Notes: generated by a model not told the origin, from the sequence alone. DNA of 64,000 nucleotides from Dehalococcoidia bacterium (GCA_034436215.1 DAOTVU010000069.1:15918-79917), one strand, 5' to 3'; counted from the stretch's first letter, positions 18,497 through 29,937 are shown. A program made the numbers and translations.

Positions 18497-20356
18497 TTAG
18501 CCTTTTTCAATAGTAAAGTCAAATTTCCCGGTTGGCTGGGATTCCATCGCTTTATCCATGCAATTACCTTCCGTTCTGTGCAGGCCACAGCGGTTGCAGG
18601 ATGATATGCGGCAATCTGGTGTTAGTTCTCCACTGAAAATTTTTCGGTATTCGAGTTTCAGGTATCCTTCGGAGATGCCGGAATCGATATGCTGCCAGGG
18701 CAGGATTTCATCAACCTCATATTTACGGTTGGCATAGGCAATGGGGTCTATATCGCATTCGATAAATGCCCGTTCCCATCGATTGTGGTCAAGAAAATCG
18801 TTCCAGGTATCAAGTCTTGCCCCCATTTTCCAGGCGGTATAAATCACAGCACCGAGTCGCCTGTCGCCACGGGATAGTACAGCCTCGAGCAGGCTGGTTC
18901 GGGGATCATGCCATGATAGATGTACGCTGCTGTGTCTGAGCCTTGTCTGCAGGATACTGTGTTTATCGTTCAATTCCTGCTGACTTGCCTGTCCTTCCCA
19001 CTGGCACGGCGTGTGTGGTTTTGGAACAAATGATGACACGGTAACTCTGAGGCCGGGCGGTCTACCTTTTATATCTTTGCCAAGATTGTTAATCGCAAGG
19101 ATAAGATCAGCAATAGCCTCAACATCCTCAGGGGTTTCGGAAGGTAAACCTATCATAAAGTACAACTTTAGCTTCATCCAGTTCCTGGCAAAGGCAGCGC
19201 TGAAGGTTTCCATCAAAGCATCGTGTGAAATCCATTTATTCAAAGCACGCCTGAGCCGCTCACTGCCGGCCTCCGGAGCAAAGGTGAGCGTCGTTTTCCG
19301 TCCTCGGGGAAGGCTTTCAATCAGGTCAATAGAAGATTTATCCAGCCTGAGACTGGGAAGTGATAGTGTGATACCCGTACCGGAAAAATTCTCGGATAAC
19401 CGTTCGATAAGATAGTTCAACCGGCTGTAATCACCGGTGCTCAGTGATAGCAAAGAAAAAGTATTGTAGCCGCAGTTTTTAATAAGACAATCTACTGCTT
19501 TAATGGCTTTTGATGGGGCAAGCTCACGCACGGGACGGTAGATTATCCCCGCCTGACAGAATCGGCAGCCACGGCTGCAACCCCTCTGGATCTCAACTAC
19601 TCCCCTATCGTGTATAACTTCTATATAGGGAACTACAGGTCTGGTCACAGGGTTTATTTCGCTGGCTATATTACGATGAATTTTGCGCGGTGCAATATCA
19701 TTGGTCGGCTGTAATAATTTAAACGAGCCTGTGGCATCGTATAACGGTTTGTAGAAGCTTGGCACATAAATACCCGGAAGTTCTGATAGACGACGTAACA
19801 GCCGTCGTCTGTCATGTTTATAACCTTGAATATTTTCGACTAATTCTGGAAGTATGTCCTCTGCTTCACCTACAAAAAAGGCATCGATGAAATCAGCCAT
19901 AGGCTCCGGGTTCATAGAACAACTGCCACCCGCTATTATCAGTGGTGCTCCATTACTGCGGTCATTGCTGAATATAGGCAATCCGGCAAGGTCGATCATA
20001 TTTACTACGGTCGTATAACTGAGTTCATAGCCGATGGAAAACCCTATCACATCGAATTCACGCAGTGGCCGTCCTGATTCAAGGCTGTATAACGGTATCC
20101 CGTGCACACGAAGCTGCTTCTCCATATCCGGCCATGGTGAGTAAACACGTTCAGCCAATACATCCTCCATATTATTCAGCAGATCGTAGAGAATGGGAAT
20201 TGCCAGATTGGACATACCCACTTCGTAAATATCGGGAAATGCCAGAACAATCCGCAGTGAAACACTATCCCAGCTCTTGTGTACACTGTTCCATTCGCTG
20301 TTTGTATATCTGGCAGGTTTCGTTACTTTCTGTATTAGATGGTCGTAAATATACAT
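18497..20356 (-). CDS. Radical SAM family protein, TIGR03960-like (B12-binding-like N-terminus plus radical SAM core)
   Basis: 619 aa with the CSRGCRFCQAG CxxxCxxC motif and a C-terminal Cys cluster CRISSCNRCGL. Confidence 0.75.
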   Translation of the reverse strand: MYIYDHLIQKVTKPARYTNSEWNSVHKSWDSVSLRIVLAFPDIYEVGMSNLAIPILYDLLNNMEDVLAERVYSPWPDMEKQLRVHGIPLYSLESGRPLREFDVIGFSIGYELSYTTVVNMIDLAGLPIFSNDRSNGAPLIIAGGSCSMNPEPMADFIDAFFVGEAEDILPELVENIQGYKHDRRRLLRRLSELPGIYVPSFYKPLYDATGSFKLLQPTNDIAPRKIHRNIASEINPVTRPVVPYIEVIHDRGVVEIQRGCSRGCRFCQAGIIYRPVRELAPSKAIKAVDCLIKNCGYNTFSLLSLSTGDYSRLNYLIERLSENFSGTGITLSLPSLRLDKSSIDLIESLPRGRKTTLTFAPEAGSERLRRALNKWISHDALMETFSAAFARNWMKLKLYFMIGLPSETPEDVEAIADLILAINNLGKDIKGRPPGLRVTVSSFVPKPHTPCQWEGQASQQELNDKHSILQTRLRHSSVHLSWHDPRTSLLEAVLSRGDRRLGAVIYTAWKMGARLDTWNDFLDHNRWERAFIECDIDPIAYANRKYEVDEILPWQHIDSGISEGYLKLEYRKIFSGELTPDCRISSCNRCGLHRTEGNCMDKAMESQPTGKFDFTIEKG

Positions 20357-20462
20357 ACTTTACTCAGGATGACAGAATTATAACCTCAACGGGATTTATA
20401 CACAAAAGCCGAGCTATATATTTATTTTTAATTTTAATATGGCAAGGATTTCGAATTATATT

Positions 20463-20491
20463 GACACTTTGTTTAATTAAATTGTATATAA
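20463..20491 (+). promoter_or_regulatory. Promoter-like TTGACA, 18-nt spacer, TATATAAT, upstream of the histidine kinase
   Basis: Read directly from the sequence. Confidence 0.4.
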
Positions 20492-20546
20492 TAGACATAA
20501 GCTAATTTTGCCGTATTGGATATCAGGGCGGCAGAGGGGAGGATGT

Positions 20547-23500
20547 ATGGTAAGCCCCGGTAATAAAAGAGTAAGAAAAAGGACTAAGAGGACGACAGAA
20601 AGAAAACCGGTCAGGAGAGCTAACAAAGGAACCACACGGCGTGCAGTAAAGGTAATCGAATCTGAGTTATCCGATATAAGCCATAAACTGCACAGGGTAA
20701 ACGACCTGCTGGATATATTACCGCTTGGTATCTGCCTTTTTAATAAAGAGGATGTAATAACATACTGCAATGATAGCTTTACCGCTATTACCGGCATCGA
20801 TAAAGAGACTGTAATCGGAAAAAGAATGCGCAAAAATCAGCTGTGGGGCATCAGAGGTCAGAAGGATGAGTTGAAAGAACTTTTCCAGCAGGCTAAAGAT
20901 AACCTGAATCCTCTATCGATGAGCGGAGTTTCTGCAGCATCAAGTAAATACGGGGAAAGATTATGGAATATCAATTTGTTACCGGATAAGGATAAAAATG
21001 GGCAATATGCGGGCATGTCCCTGATAATTGAAGATGTGCCGGTTAAAACAAGTGCCGGAGAAGAAAGCCTTTATAACGCGATTTATAGTGCTGCAGCAAG
21101 GGAAAAGGAAATCCAACTATTGCTTGATAACGTTGTATCAATAGTAAAAGAATACACGGGTTATTCAAATGTTAAGATAATTATCGAAGATAGAATACAG
21201 GGTCATCTTTACAGAGCTGATAGTGAGAAAAGAACCGGTTTATGGGACACCGGTAAAGACTTGTCGCATGATCAAATCGAGGATATTTTCAAGTGCGCTG
21301 AAAGTCTTGTAGATAGTAACCGAACTGTTGCTGGATCAATAAGTCTGAATAATTTATCTCAAATAGTAGACCGGTTAACTGGCAGGCTGAGGGAAATTGT
21401 TAAAGGTTTATCCGATTCTTACGGATTTAATGCTATAGCTTTTATCCCGATTAAGCAGGGTGATTATATATACGGCTTCATACAGATCGCCCGGATCTCA
21501 GATGATATCGAGCGGGAGAAGATCGAAATTTTGGAAGGGGTAGCCAGCCAGCTCCAATTGATATTGGATCATTCGTGGTTAAAAGAAGAGCTGCGTATAC
21601 AGCGCGAAAGTTTATTGCGACAGATGAATGAACGCAATGCTTATCTCGAAGCGCTCAGTGAACGCCTTAAACAGGAGGTTTCAGAACGAACAAAAGCACA
21701 GGAAGAGATAAGGCTTCAATGTGAACTGGCTAATAAATTGAATGAAGTGGATGATCTGTCCGATGCTCTGAAAATATGTCTTGAAAGCGCAATGAGAATT
21801 GCCGGCATGGAAAAGGGCGCTATTTTCCTTGTTGGCGATGCAGAAGATAGAATATCGGTGGCTTCTGACAGTGGTTTTTCTTCTGGAGTTGCTGCTAATA
21901 TCGGGCAGTGCTATTCAAGCTGGGATAAAGCGCGGATAGTTTCCAGCGGCAGCCCTGTGTATCTGACTTCTGATGAATTTGACGATGAAATGGGTGCTCT
22001 TTTAAGGGAAGAGGATATCCGGAGCGTGGGATTCATACCTATAATAAGTGATAATAAGCATGTGGCGATTCTGGCTGTCGCCTCCAATGAAGAAAATAGA
22101 GCAGCATACCATTCACAGTATGCTTTGGAAGCTGTTGCGGCGCAGATAGGTTCTGCCCTGGTTAAAATACAAAACAGGCAGGCATACAGAGAAAGCGAAG
22201 AACGATACAGGACGTTGTTTACCAGAACTGCCAATCCCATACTTGTGATAGATGAGGATGGAAATTATATCGATGGCAATGATGCGGCACTGGAGTTTTT
22301 GGAGTGTACCCGTGAGGAATTGCTTGGTATGAATGTGAAAGATACATTGCCACCCTACCTGAATGAGCAGTGGTTGGACGGATATCGAGAAGTATGGAAA
22401 ACAGGTGGCAGAATGGAATGCGATTACTATGTCTGGGGTAAGATAAAAGTACTTGATATTACTATCACGCCCTTAAGATATGGTGATCGCCAAATTGTAA
22501 TCGGTATAGGCCAGGATATTACCGAGCGTAAAAGGATAGAGCAGGCCCTACATGAAAGCGAAAGTAAATATAGAGCAGTCGTTGAAAATGCCAACGAGGG
22601 CATATTTGTATTTCAGGACGGAAGCTTTAAATACGCAAACGATAAGCTCGTATCTATAACTCAATACTCGCGCGAAGAGCTACGGGAAATCGACACCGGA
22701 CAATTATTAAAAATATTTATTCATCCCGATGATCTTACAATGATTGAAAATGTGTACAGTAAAGTATTGCGGGGTGAGGAAGTCCCCCATATTTACGACG
22801 TCCGATGGTTCAGCAGGGATGGTACGATGAGATGGGCAGCAGTAAATACGACAAACTTTATCTGGGAAGGGAAGCCTGCAGCTCTGGGTTTTGTTACCGA
22901 TGTAACAGAGCACAGGAAAATTGAAGAAGCTCTTAAGATAAGCGAAGAGAAGTATCGCACGGTACTGGAGGATATGGAAGAATTCTATTATGAGTTGGAT
23001 CCGAAGGGCAATTTTACCTTTATTAACGATGCTGCGGAGAAGATTTTTGGATATTCGGTTGAAGAACTCACCGGCATGAATTACAAAGTATATACCCCGC
23101 TAAACCAGAGGGGTGAAAGGATAAAGGCTTTTTCCGAGGTTTTCAGAACAGGTAAGCCAGCCTATTCCCAGCCCCTGGAGCATATAAGGAAGGATGGAAC
23201 ACGCGTTATAGTAGAGGTATCTATTCTTCCTTTACGAGATGATAAAGGTGAGATAATTGGTTTGCGCGGAGTGGGCCGTGATGTTACAGCACATATTAAA
23301 GCTGAAGAAGAGCTGAAGAAGAGGGCATTTCTGCTGGATTCGGCCTACGACTCAATAATCGCCTTTACTTTGGATGGAAGCATTATTTATGCCAATGAAT
23401 CAGCCTGCACCAGCCGGGGTTACACCCGTGAGGAGATGTTGAATTTGAACGTACGCCGGCTTGTGGCAGATTATAACCTAATTGATTTTGAAAAATACCT

Positions 23501-25508
23501 GGCTGAAATGGACGCGCAAAAAGAACTTGTGTATGAGATTGACCATATAACAAAAGATAATATTATTTTTTCAGTTGAAGCTTATTCTCGATCGATAGAA
23601 GAACATGGCGATAAGATAATTATTGCTGTATTTCGTGACATAACTCAGCGAAAGAGGGTAGAGCAGGCTCTTAAAGCTAGCGAATACAGATTCAGGCAGC
23701 TTGCAGAGATGTTGCCTCTGGTTGTTTTCGAGGCTAATAAAGATGGCATATTAACCTACGTTAATCGGAACGGCCTTAATACATTCGGTTATAGCGAAGA
23801 GGAAATAGTCAGCGATTTTTCTTTGTTCGAAGTAATCGATTGTGATTATCATGATTTGGCCAGGAGCAATATTCAATCTGTACTGGCGGGCAACAAAATT
23901 GAAGCGAATGAATATCGGTTGATAAAAAAAGACGGAAGTAAATTTACCGGTCTGATATACAGCGATAAAATCCAGAAGGGAGAAGAGGTAACTGGCATCA
24001 GGGGCGTTGTAGTTGATATATCCTCCATAAAAGAAGTAGAGAAAAACTTGAGGGATTCGGAAGAGAAATATCGCTCAGTTGTTGAGAATGCCGGTGAGGG
24101 TATTTTTGTTGCCCAGAACGGAAGGTTAATTTATGTAAATCCTCGTGTGATTGAAATAGCAGGATATAGTGCACAGGAGCTTGAATCGAGGCCGTTTATC
24201 GAATTCGTCTATCCGGATGATCGTTCGCTGGTGGAGGAGCGATATTTTGCGCGGCTCCAAGGAGAAAAACTGCCCGAATATTATACATTCAGGATAATCC
24301 ACAAGCACGGCGATGTTAAATGGGTAGGTCTGCGTGCGACACGTATAGATTGGATGGGGCAGCCTGCCACGTTAAATTTCATTACAGATGTAACTGATAT
24401 CGTGAAAGCCGAGAACGCATTGAAAGAAAGCGAGGAGCGTTATCGTCTGCTGGCAGATAATTTAATGGATGTTATTTTTACCCTGGACATGGATATGAAG
24501 ATAACCTATATAAGCCCATCCGTGCGCTATTTTATTGGTCGCAAAGCAGACGAAATTATAAAGCTTCATAGAGAAGGTAAACTGAATGCGGAATCGTTGG
24601 GACTTTCTGACTGTGACGCTGAAAGGGGTTTGAGCGGAATAAGAGCGCTTATGAAAGATCCATCTCGAACGCAGGTATTTGAATTTGAATTCAGACATCG
24701 GGACGGATTTACCAGCTGGGCAGAAGTGAAAATGAGCATTATGCGTGATAGGGCTGGACAGGCAGGCGGTGTGCTCGGTATCGTAAGAGATGTGACACAG
24801 CAAAAAAAGATGACAGAGCGTCTGATCCGTACCGATCGGCTGGCTTCGCTGGGAGAAATGGCGGCGGGCTTGGCACATGAAGTCAATAACCCTCTGACTG
24901 CCGTGATGGGCTTTGCTTATCTTCTTCAGCAGAATCAAAATCTCCCGCCGGATATTAAAAAGGATATTGATTCGATCTATAACGAGGGCAAAAGAGCAGC
25001 CGAGGTGATTAAGAATTTTCTCATTTTTGCCCGCGGCCACAAATCGGAAAAACAGGCGGTCTTTATCAATGATATCATTGAAGCTGCCCTCAGATTGCGT
25101 TTAAGTCAGATGGCCAAAGAAAATATAACCGTAGAGCTAAATCTGGCTGAAGACCTGCCTGCTGTATATGGCGATATCTCCCAACTCCAGCAGGTTTTCT
25201 TGAATATTATACTTAATGCCGAGTATTTTATGTATCAGACCAATAAGAAGGGTACACTCAGAATAACCACTGCTCAGGAAGAAGATAAGGTTAAGATCGC
25301 TATAGCTGATGATGGGCCGGGTATTCCGCAGGATAAACTGGGTCGTATATTTGACCCATTTTACACAACTAAACAGGTAGGAGAGGGGACAGGGATGGGG
25401 TTGAGCATATGCCATGGTATCGTAAATGATCATGGTGGCGTCATATATGCGGATAGTAGGCAAGGTGAATGGACGACTTTTACCGTTGAACTACCAGCTA
25501 TAAAATAG
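20547..25508 (+). CDS. Multi-sensor signal transduction histidine kinase (multiple PAS/PAC and GAF domains, HisKA plus HATPase_c)
   Basis: About 1653 aa. PAC-like motifs recur many times (e.g. GIRGVVVDISSIKEVEKNLR, GLRGVGRDVTAHIKAEEELK), the H-box is HEVNNPLTAVMGF, and the G-boxes are DDGPGIP and GTGMGLSIC. I chose the ATG at 20547, after GAGGGGAGGA; the ORF track starts at 20508. No receiver domain and no adjacent response regulator. Confidence 0.85.
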   Translation: MVSPGNKRVRKRTKRTTERKPVRRANKGTTRRAVKVIESELSDISHKLHRVNDLLDILPLGICLFNKEDVITYCNDSFTAITGIDKETVIGKRMRKNQLWGIRGQKDELKELFQQAKDNLNPLSMSGVSAASSKYGERLWNINLLPDKDKNGQYAGMSLIIEDVPVKTSAGEESLYNAIYSAAAREKEIQLLLDNVVSIVKEYTGYSNVKIIIEDRIQGHLYRADSEKRTGLWDTGKDLSHDQIEDIFKCAESLVDSNRTVAGSISLNNLSQIVDRLTGRLREIVKGLSDSYGFNAIAFIPIKQGDYIYGFIQIARISDDIEREKIEILEGVASQLQLILDHSWLKEELRIQRESLLRQMNERNAYLEALSERLKQEVSERTKAQEEIRLQCELANKLNEVDDLSDALKICLESAMRIAGMEKGAIFLVGDAEDRISVASDSGFSSGVAANIGQCYSSWDKARIVSSGSPVYLTSDEFDDEMGALLREEDIRSVGFIPIISDNKHVAILAVASNEENRAAYHSQYALEAVAAQIGSALVKIQNRQAYRESEERYRTLFTRTANPILVIDEDGNYIDGNDAALEFLECTREELLGMNVKDTLPPYLNEQWLDGYREVWKTGGRMECDYYVWGKIKVLDITITPLRYGDRQIVIGIGQDITERKRIEQALHESESKYRAVVENANEGIFVFQDGSFKYANDKLVSITQYSREELREIDTGQLLKIFIHPDDLTMIENVYSKVLRGEEVPHIYDVRWFSRDGTMRWAAVNTTNFIWEGKPAALGFVTDVTEHRKIEEALKISEEKYRTVLEDMEEFYYELDPKGNFTFINDAAEKIFGYSVEELTGMNYKVYTPLNQRGERIKAFSEVFRTGKPAYSQPLEHIRKDGTRVIVEVSILPLRDDKGEIIGLRGVGRDVTAHIKAEEELKKRAFLLDSAYDSIIAFTLDGSIIYANESACTSRGYTREEMLNLNVRRLVADYNLIDFEKYLAEMDAQKELVYEIDHITKDNIIFSVEAYSRSIEEHGDKIIIAVFRDITQRKRVEQALKASEYRFRQLAEMLPLVVFEANKDGILTYVNRNGLNTFGYSEEEIVSDFSLFEVIDCDYHDLARSNIQSVLAGNKIEANEYRLIKKDGSKFTGLIYSDKIQKGEEVTGIRGVVVDISSIKEVEKNLRDSEEKYRSVVENAGEGIFVAQNGRLIYVNPRVIEIAGYSAQELESRPFIEFVYPDDRSLVEERYFARLQGEKLPEYYTFRIIHKHGDVKWVGLRATRIDWMGQPATLNFITDVTDIVKAENALKESEERYRLLADNLMDVIFTLDMDMKITYISPSVRYFIGRKADEIIKLHREGKLNAESLGLSDCDAERGLSGIRALMKDPSRTQVFEFEFRHRDGFTSWAEVKMSIMRDRAGQAGGVLGIVRDVTQQKKMTERLIRTDRLASLGEMAAGLAHEVNNPLTAVMGFAYLLQQNQNLPPDIKKDIDSIYNEGKRAAEVIKNFLIFARGHKSEKQAVFINDIIEAALRLRLSQMAKENITVELNLAEDLPAVYGDISQLQQVFLNIILNAEYFMYQTNKKGTLRITTAQEEDKVKIAIADDGPGIPQDKLGRIFDPFYTTKQVGEGTGMGLSICHGIVNDHGGVIYADSRQGEWTTFTVELPAIK

Positions 25509-25733
25509 GTTATTTATTTCGGGTTAAAAAATTAGATATGCAATATGGTAAATATTGTGACGTGCTGGAATAATTGTAGCGAATAAAACCGGTATATTTA
25601 AGATTTAATCATTACTTTTGCAGAAGTTTGAAATATCTGAAGAAAGAAGTTCCTGGCAAGGACAACTTCGATCCAGATACCTTCGGGCAGTGGGAACAAT
25701 TCGGGGGATAATTGCAAACAGATTACACCGAGG

Positions 25734-25763
25734 TTGACAGATGTTAAAATCGTGTGATAATAT
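25734..25763 (+). promoter_or_regulatory. Promoter of the str operon: TTGACA, 17-nt spacer, TG-extended ATAATA
   Basis: Read directly from the sequence. It gives an rpsL leader of about 175 nt. Confidence 0.5.
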
Positions 25764-25942
25764 TTCCATTTGTTGCAAACTTGCGCTACTATATATAGGT
25801 TTAGCGCTTGTTGGCTATGGCCTGGATAATTGAGAAGCCGGCTGGTTGACCCGGAATATGGGCCAGATCGGGGAGGAAATCCGGGAGCAACTGGGTGGCT
25901 TTTTAATTTGTATAAAAATAAAAGGATATTTAGATATAAGTT

Positions 25943-26380
25943 ATGCCAACGGTAAATCAGTTAGTTAGAAAAGGTCGGAGCAAGGTTACTAAGAAGACCA
26001 AGGCTCCTGCCTTGCATGTAATTTATAATGCGTTGAAGAATAAGACTAGACGTGGCGTATGCTCGCCGCAGAAGCGTGGTGTCTGTGTACAGGTCAAGAC
26101 CATGACACCCAAAAAGCCTAACTCAGCGCTTCGTAAAATAGCGCGGGTAAGGTTAACAAATCATATCGAGGTGACGGCCTATATACCCGGTGAAGGCCAT
26201 AACTTACAGGAGCACTCGGTAGTGTTAATACGTGGTGGCAGAGTCAAGGATTTACCCGGTGTGCGTTACCACATAATCAGAGGCACACTCGATGCTGCCG
26301 GTGTTGAAAAACGCCAGCAGGGCCGCAGCAAATACGGTGCCAAACGCGGCAAGAAGAGCCAGGCGGCTGCCAGCAGCTGA
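25943..26380 (+). CDS. rpsL: 30S ribosomal protein S12
   Basis: [12 protein letters not shown]... Confidence 0.95.
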   Translation: MPTVNQLVRKGRSKVTKKTKAPALHVIYNALKNKTRRGVCSPQKRGVCVQVKTMTPKKPNSALRKIARVRLTNHIEVTAYIPGEGHNLQEHSVVLIRGGRVKDLPGVRYHIIRGTLDAAGVEKRQQGRSKYGAKRGKKSQAAASS

Positions 26381-26398
26381 TCAATACGGAGTATTATT

Positions 26399-26869
26399 AT
26401 GTCGAGGCGTGCAAAGTTCACCAAAAAAACGGTAAGCCCTGATCCGAAATACGGCAGTGCTATAGTTGCCCGTTTTATAAATAAAGTGATGTATGAGGGT
26501 AAGAAAACAATTGCCAGTAACATAGTTTATGATGCTTTTGATCGGATCAATAAGCAGATGAAAACTGATCCGCTGGCTGTTTTTGAACAGGCTATGAAAA
26601 ATGTAACGCCGATGTTACAGGTGAAATCAAGGCGTGTAGGAGGTGCTACCTACCAGGTACCGGTAGAGGTAACCCCTGAACGCGGAGAGTTTCTGGCAAC
26701 GAAATGGATTATAACATATGCACGTGAAAGAAGCGGCAGGTCGATGGCTGAGAAGCTGGCCGCGGAGATTATGGACGCAGCCCAGGGCCAGGGTAATGCT
26801 ATTAAGAAGAAGCAGGATACCCATAAGATGGCTGAAGCCAATAAAGCCTTTGCACATTATCGATGGTAA
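26399..26869 (+). CDS. rpsG: 30S ribosomal protein S7
   Basis: 156 aa, S7 signature. Confidence 0.95.
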   Translation: MSRRAKFTKKTVSPDPKYGSAIVARFINKVMYEGKKTIASNIVYDAFDRINKQMKTDPLAVFEQAMKNVTPMLQVKSRRVGGATYQVPVEVTPERGEFLATKWIITYARERSGRSMAEKLAAEIMDAAQGQGNAIKKKQDTHKMAEANKAFAHYRW

Positions 26870-26919
26870 TCGCAGGAATCAAGGAATCCCGGCCTAAGCA
26901 GAGCCGGGGTGTTAATACC

Positions 26920-29001
26920 ATGTCAAGATCTTTTCCGTTAGATAAAGTTCGAAATATCGGCATTATCGCTCATATTGATGCCGGTAAGACGACTACTACC
27001 GAACGCATATTATTTTATACGGGACGCACCTATAAAATGGGTGAGGTGCACGACGGAACTGCCGTCATGGACTGGATGGTTCAGGAAAGGGAACGTGGCA
27101 TTACCATAACTTCGGCTGCTACTACCTGTCACTGGAAAAATCACCGGATAAATATTATAGATACACCGGGGCATGTTGATTTTACGGCTGAAGTGGAGAG
27201 GAGTTTGCGTGTGCTGGATGGTGGCGTAGTTGTGCTGGATGCCGTAGCTGGCGTAGAAGCCCAGTCGGAGACTGTATGGCGGCAGGCAGATAAATACGGC
27301 GTGCCAAGAATCTGCTTTATCAACAAGATGGATAGGGTTGGTGCCGACTTCTACCGGACGATAAATATGATAGAAGATAGGCTCAAGGCCAAAGCTGTAG
27401 CAATTCAATTACCTCTGGGTAAAGAGAATCTTTTCCGTGGAGTTGTGGACATTATTACTGGAAGAGCATGGATTTTTCCCGATGAGGCAACGGAGCAGCC
27501 CGAAGAAATTGATGTTCCCGCCGAGTTAAAGAAGGAATTTGATGATGCCAGGCATAACCTTATAGAAAAACTGGCAGAATGTGATGATCAGTTGATGTTA
27601 CGTTATGTGGATAATCTTGAGATAGGTGAAGATGATATAAAAGCCGCCATCAGGCGGCTTACCTTATCAAATAGAATAGTGCCTGTCGTATGTGGTACCG
27701 CATTGCGGAATAAAGGAATCCAGCTCGTACTGGATGCGGTTGTTGATTACCTCCCTTCGCCTCTGGATAAGCCGCCGTTAAAAGCAATTGATATGGCAAC
27801 GGGTGCCGAGGTGATCAGACACGCGAGAGATGATGAGCCTTTTGTGGCTCTTGCCTTTAAAGTTGTTTCTGATCCTTTTGTGGGAAGGCTTGTTTATTTC
27901 AGAGTATATTCTGGCAGCATCAGGGTTGGTGCCCAGGTATATAATGCCAGCAAAGGGCAACGGGAACGTTTGGGAAGGCTTTTGCTAATGCATGCTAATC
28001 ACCGTGAAGAGATAGAAGAAGTGGACACGGGATGTATTGCAGCTACACTTGGTCTGAAGAACACTTTTACCGGCGATACCCTGTGCGACCCCTCACAGCT
28101 CATATTATTAGAAGATATTAAGTTTCCCGAGCCGGTTATTTTTATGGCAGTCGAGCCAAAAAGCAAGGCCGATCAGGATAAGTTAAGTGATGCTATGGGC
28201 AAACTGGCAGAGGAGGATCCTACGTTCAGGGTGAAAACTAACGAGGAGACGGGGCAAACCATTATTTCCGGAATGGGTGAACTGCATCTGGAAGTATTGA
28301 TAGACCGCATGATGAGGGAGTTCGGAGTTCAGGTAAGGATGGGCAAACCTCAGGTGGCCTATAAGGAGACGATAACAGTTGCGACAGAAGCCGAAGGGCG
28401 CTTTATAAGACAGACTGGCGGTCATGGTCAGTACGGTCACTGCTGGCTTAGGGTTGAACCGGGCGAACGCAACAGCGGCTTCAAATTCTTTAATGAGGTT
28501 AAAGGAGGGGCTATATCCAGGCAGTACATACCGGCAATTGAAGCTGGAGTAAAGGAAGCCCTGGACTCGGGTGGGATGTACGGATATCCTCTTGTAGACA
28601 TAAAGGTTACCGTTTTCGATGGCAGTGAGCATGAAGTCGACTCATCTGAAATGGCCTTTAAGATGGCTGCTTCAATGGCTTTGAAAGAAGGGGTAGCCCG
28701 TGCCAAGCCGGTGGTCCTGGAGCCTATTATGAGGCTTGAAGTAGTCACACCCGCAACTTTCATGGGTGATGTAATAGGCGATATCAATTCCAGAAGAGGA
28801 CATGTTGAAGGCATCGAAACCCATGGTGAGACATGCGTTATCCACTGTTTTGTGCCGCTTTCAGAGTCTTTCGGTTATGCCACGACGTTAAGATCGTTGA
28901 CACAGGGAAGAGCAACCTATTCAATGGAATTTCATGAATACAGGGAAGTTCCGATTGCGATAATGGAACAAATGTTAGCTAAAACAAAGGTAAATAGATG
29001 A
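26920..29001 (+). CDS. fusA: Elongation factor G
   Basis: [36 protein letters not shown] chose the ATG at 26920 rather than the ORF-track start at 26863. Confidence 0.93.
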   Translation: MSRSFPLDKVRNIGIIAHIDAGKTTTTERILFYTGRTYKMGEVHDGTAVMDWMVQERERGITITSAATTCHWKNHRINIIDTPGHVDFTAEVERSLRVLDGGVVVLDAVAGVEAQSETVWRQADKYGVPRICFINKMDRVGADFYRTINMIEDRLKAKAVAIQLPLGKENLFRGVVDIITGRAWIFPDEATEQPEEIDVPAELKKEFDDARHNLIEKLAECDDQLMLRYVDNLEIGEDDIKAAIRRLTLSNRIVPVVCGTALRNKGIQLVLDAVVDYLPSPLDKPPLKAIDMATGAEVIRHARDDEPFVALAFKVVSDPFVGRLVYFRVYSGSIRVGAQVYNASKGQRERLGRLLLMHANHREEIEEVDTGCIAATLGLKNTFTGDTLCDPSQLILLEDIKFPEPVIFMAVEPKSKADQDKLSDAMGKLAEEDPTFRVKTNEETGQTIISGMGELHLEVLIDRMMREFGVQVRMGKPQVAYKETITVATEAEGRFIRQTGGHGQYGHCWLRVEPGERNSGFKFFNEVKGGAISRQYIPAIEAGVKEALDSGGMYGYPLVDIKVTVFDGSEHEVDSSEMAFKMAASMALKEGVARAKPVVLEPIMRLEVVTPATFMGDVIGDINSRRGHVEGIETHGETCVIHCFVPLSESFGYATTLRSLTQGRATYSMEFHEYREVPIAIMEQMLAKTKVNR

Positions 29002-29306
29002 CCAAGCAGAAGATAAGAATTAAATTGAGGGGTTATGACCACAGGCTGGTGGATCAATCAGCCGGGCAGATAATTGAGACGGCAATTAAGTCCGGTGCGG
29101 AAGTCATAGGCCCTGTACCGCTGCCGACGCGAATAGAAAAATTCTGTGTTATACGTTCACCGCATATCGATAAGGATTCACGTGAGCAGTTTGAGATACG
29201 CACCCATAAGCGGTTAATTGATATAGTTGGACCTACCAGTAAAACAATTGACGCATTGACACAGCTCCAATTGCCGTCGGGTGTGGAGATCGACATCAGG
29301 TTATAG
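28998..29306 (+). CDS. rpsJ: 30S ribosomal protein S10
   Basis: ATGA overlap with fusA; 102 aa. Confidence 0.95.
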   Translation: MTKQKIRIKLRGYDHRLVDQSAGQIIETAIKSGAEVIGPVPLPTRIEKFCVIRSPHIDKDSREQFEIRTHKRLIDIVGPTSKTIDALTQLQLPSGVEIDIRL

Positions 29307-29316
29307 GAACTAAAAG

Positions 29317-29925
29317 ATGTTTGGTATTCTCGGTAAAAAAATAGGGATGACGCAGATCTTCCGTGAGAACAGAGAAATCGCTGTAACTGCGATTGAAGCC
29401 GGGCCATGCAGTGTGACTCAGATAAAAAGTGCCGATAAGGATAAATATAATGCCGTACAGATCGGCTTTGATCCGGCTAAGAAGTTGAATAAAGCTGAAA
29501 GCGGCCATCTAAAGGGCGTCGGTAATTATAAAATATTGCGAGAAATAAGAATCGATAATGTGAAAGATTATCAGGTCGGACAGAAAATCGATGTGGGTAT
29601 TTTTAAACCTGGTGACATCGTGAAGGTTGAGGGTATCTCGAAGGGTAAGGGTTTTGCCGGAGGTGTTAAAAGGCATCACTTCAGCGGTGGACCGAAAACA
29701 CACGGTCAGTCTGATCGACATCGTGCACCTGGCTCGGTAGGCTCTACCACGACACCCGGCCGAGTATTTAAAGGATTACGGATGGCTGGGCATTTAGGAG
29801 CGGTAAAGGTCACTGTGCGTAATCTGGAAGTTGTCGAGGTTGATGTAAATAAAAATGTTATCTTGCTGAGAGGCGCAGTACCGGGTGCCAGAGGCGGCAT
29901 TGTACTGATTGAAAAAGCTGCATAA
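29317..29925 (+). CDS. rplC: 50S ribosomal protein L3
   Basis: Sequence identity to L3. Confidence 0.93.
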   Translation: MFGILGKKIGMTQIFRENREIAVTAIEAGPCSVTQIKSADKDKYNAVQIGFDPAKKLNKAESGHLKGVGNYKILREIRIDNVKDYQVGQKIDVGIFKPGDIVKVEGISKGKGFAGGVKRHHFSGGPKTHGQSDRHRAPGSVGSTTTPGRVFKGLRMAGHLGAVKVTVRNLEVVEVDVNKNVILLRGAVPGARGGIVLIEKAA

Positions 29926-29937
29926 AAGGTTATTAAA

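Noticed and set aside
20508-20546. Upstream ATG at 20508 as the histidine kinase start
   Set aside because: It has no Shine-Dalgarno sequence, whereas the in-frame ATG at 20547 is preceded by GAGGGGAGGA. The uncertainty is 13 codons only.
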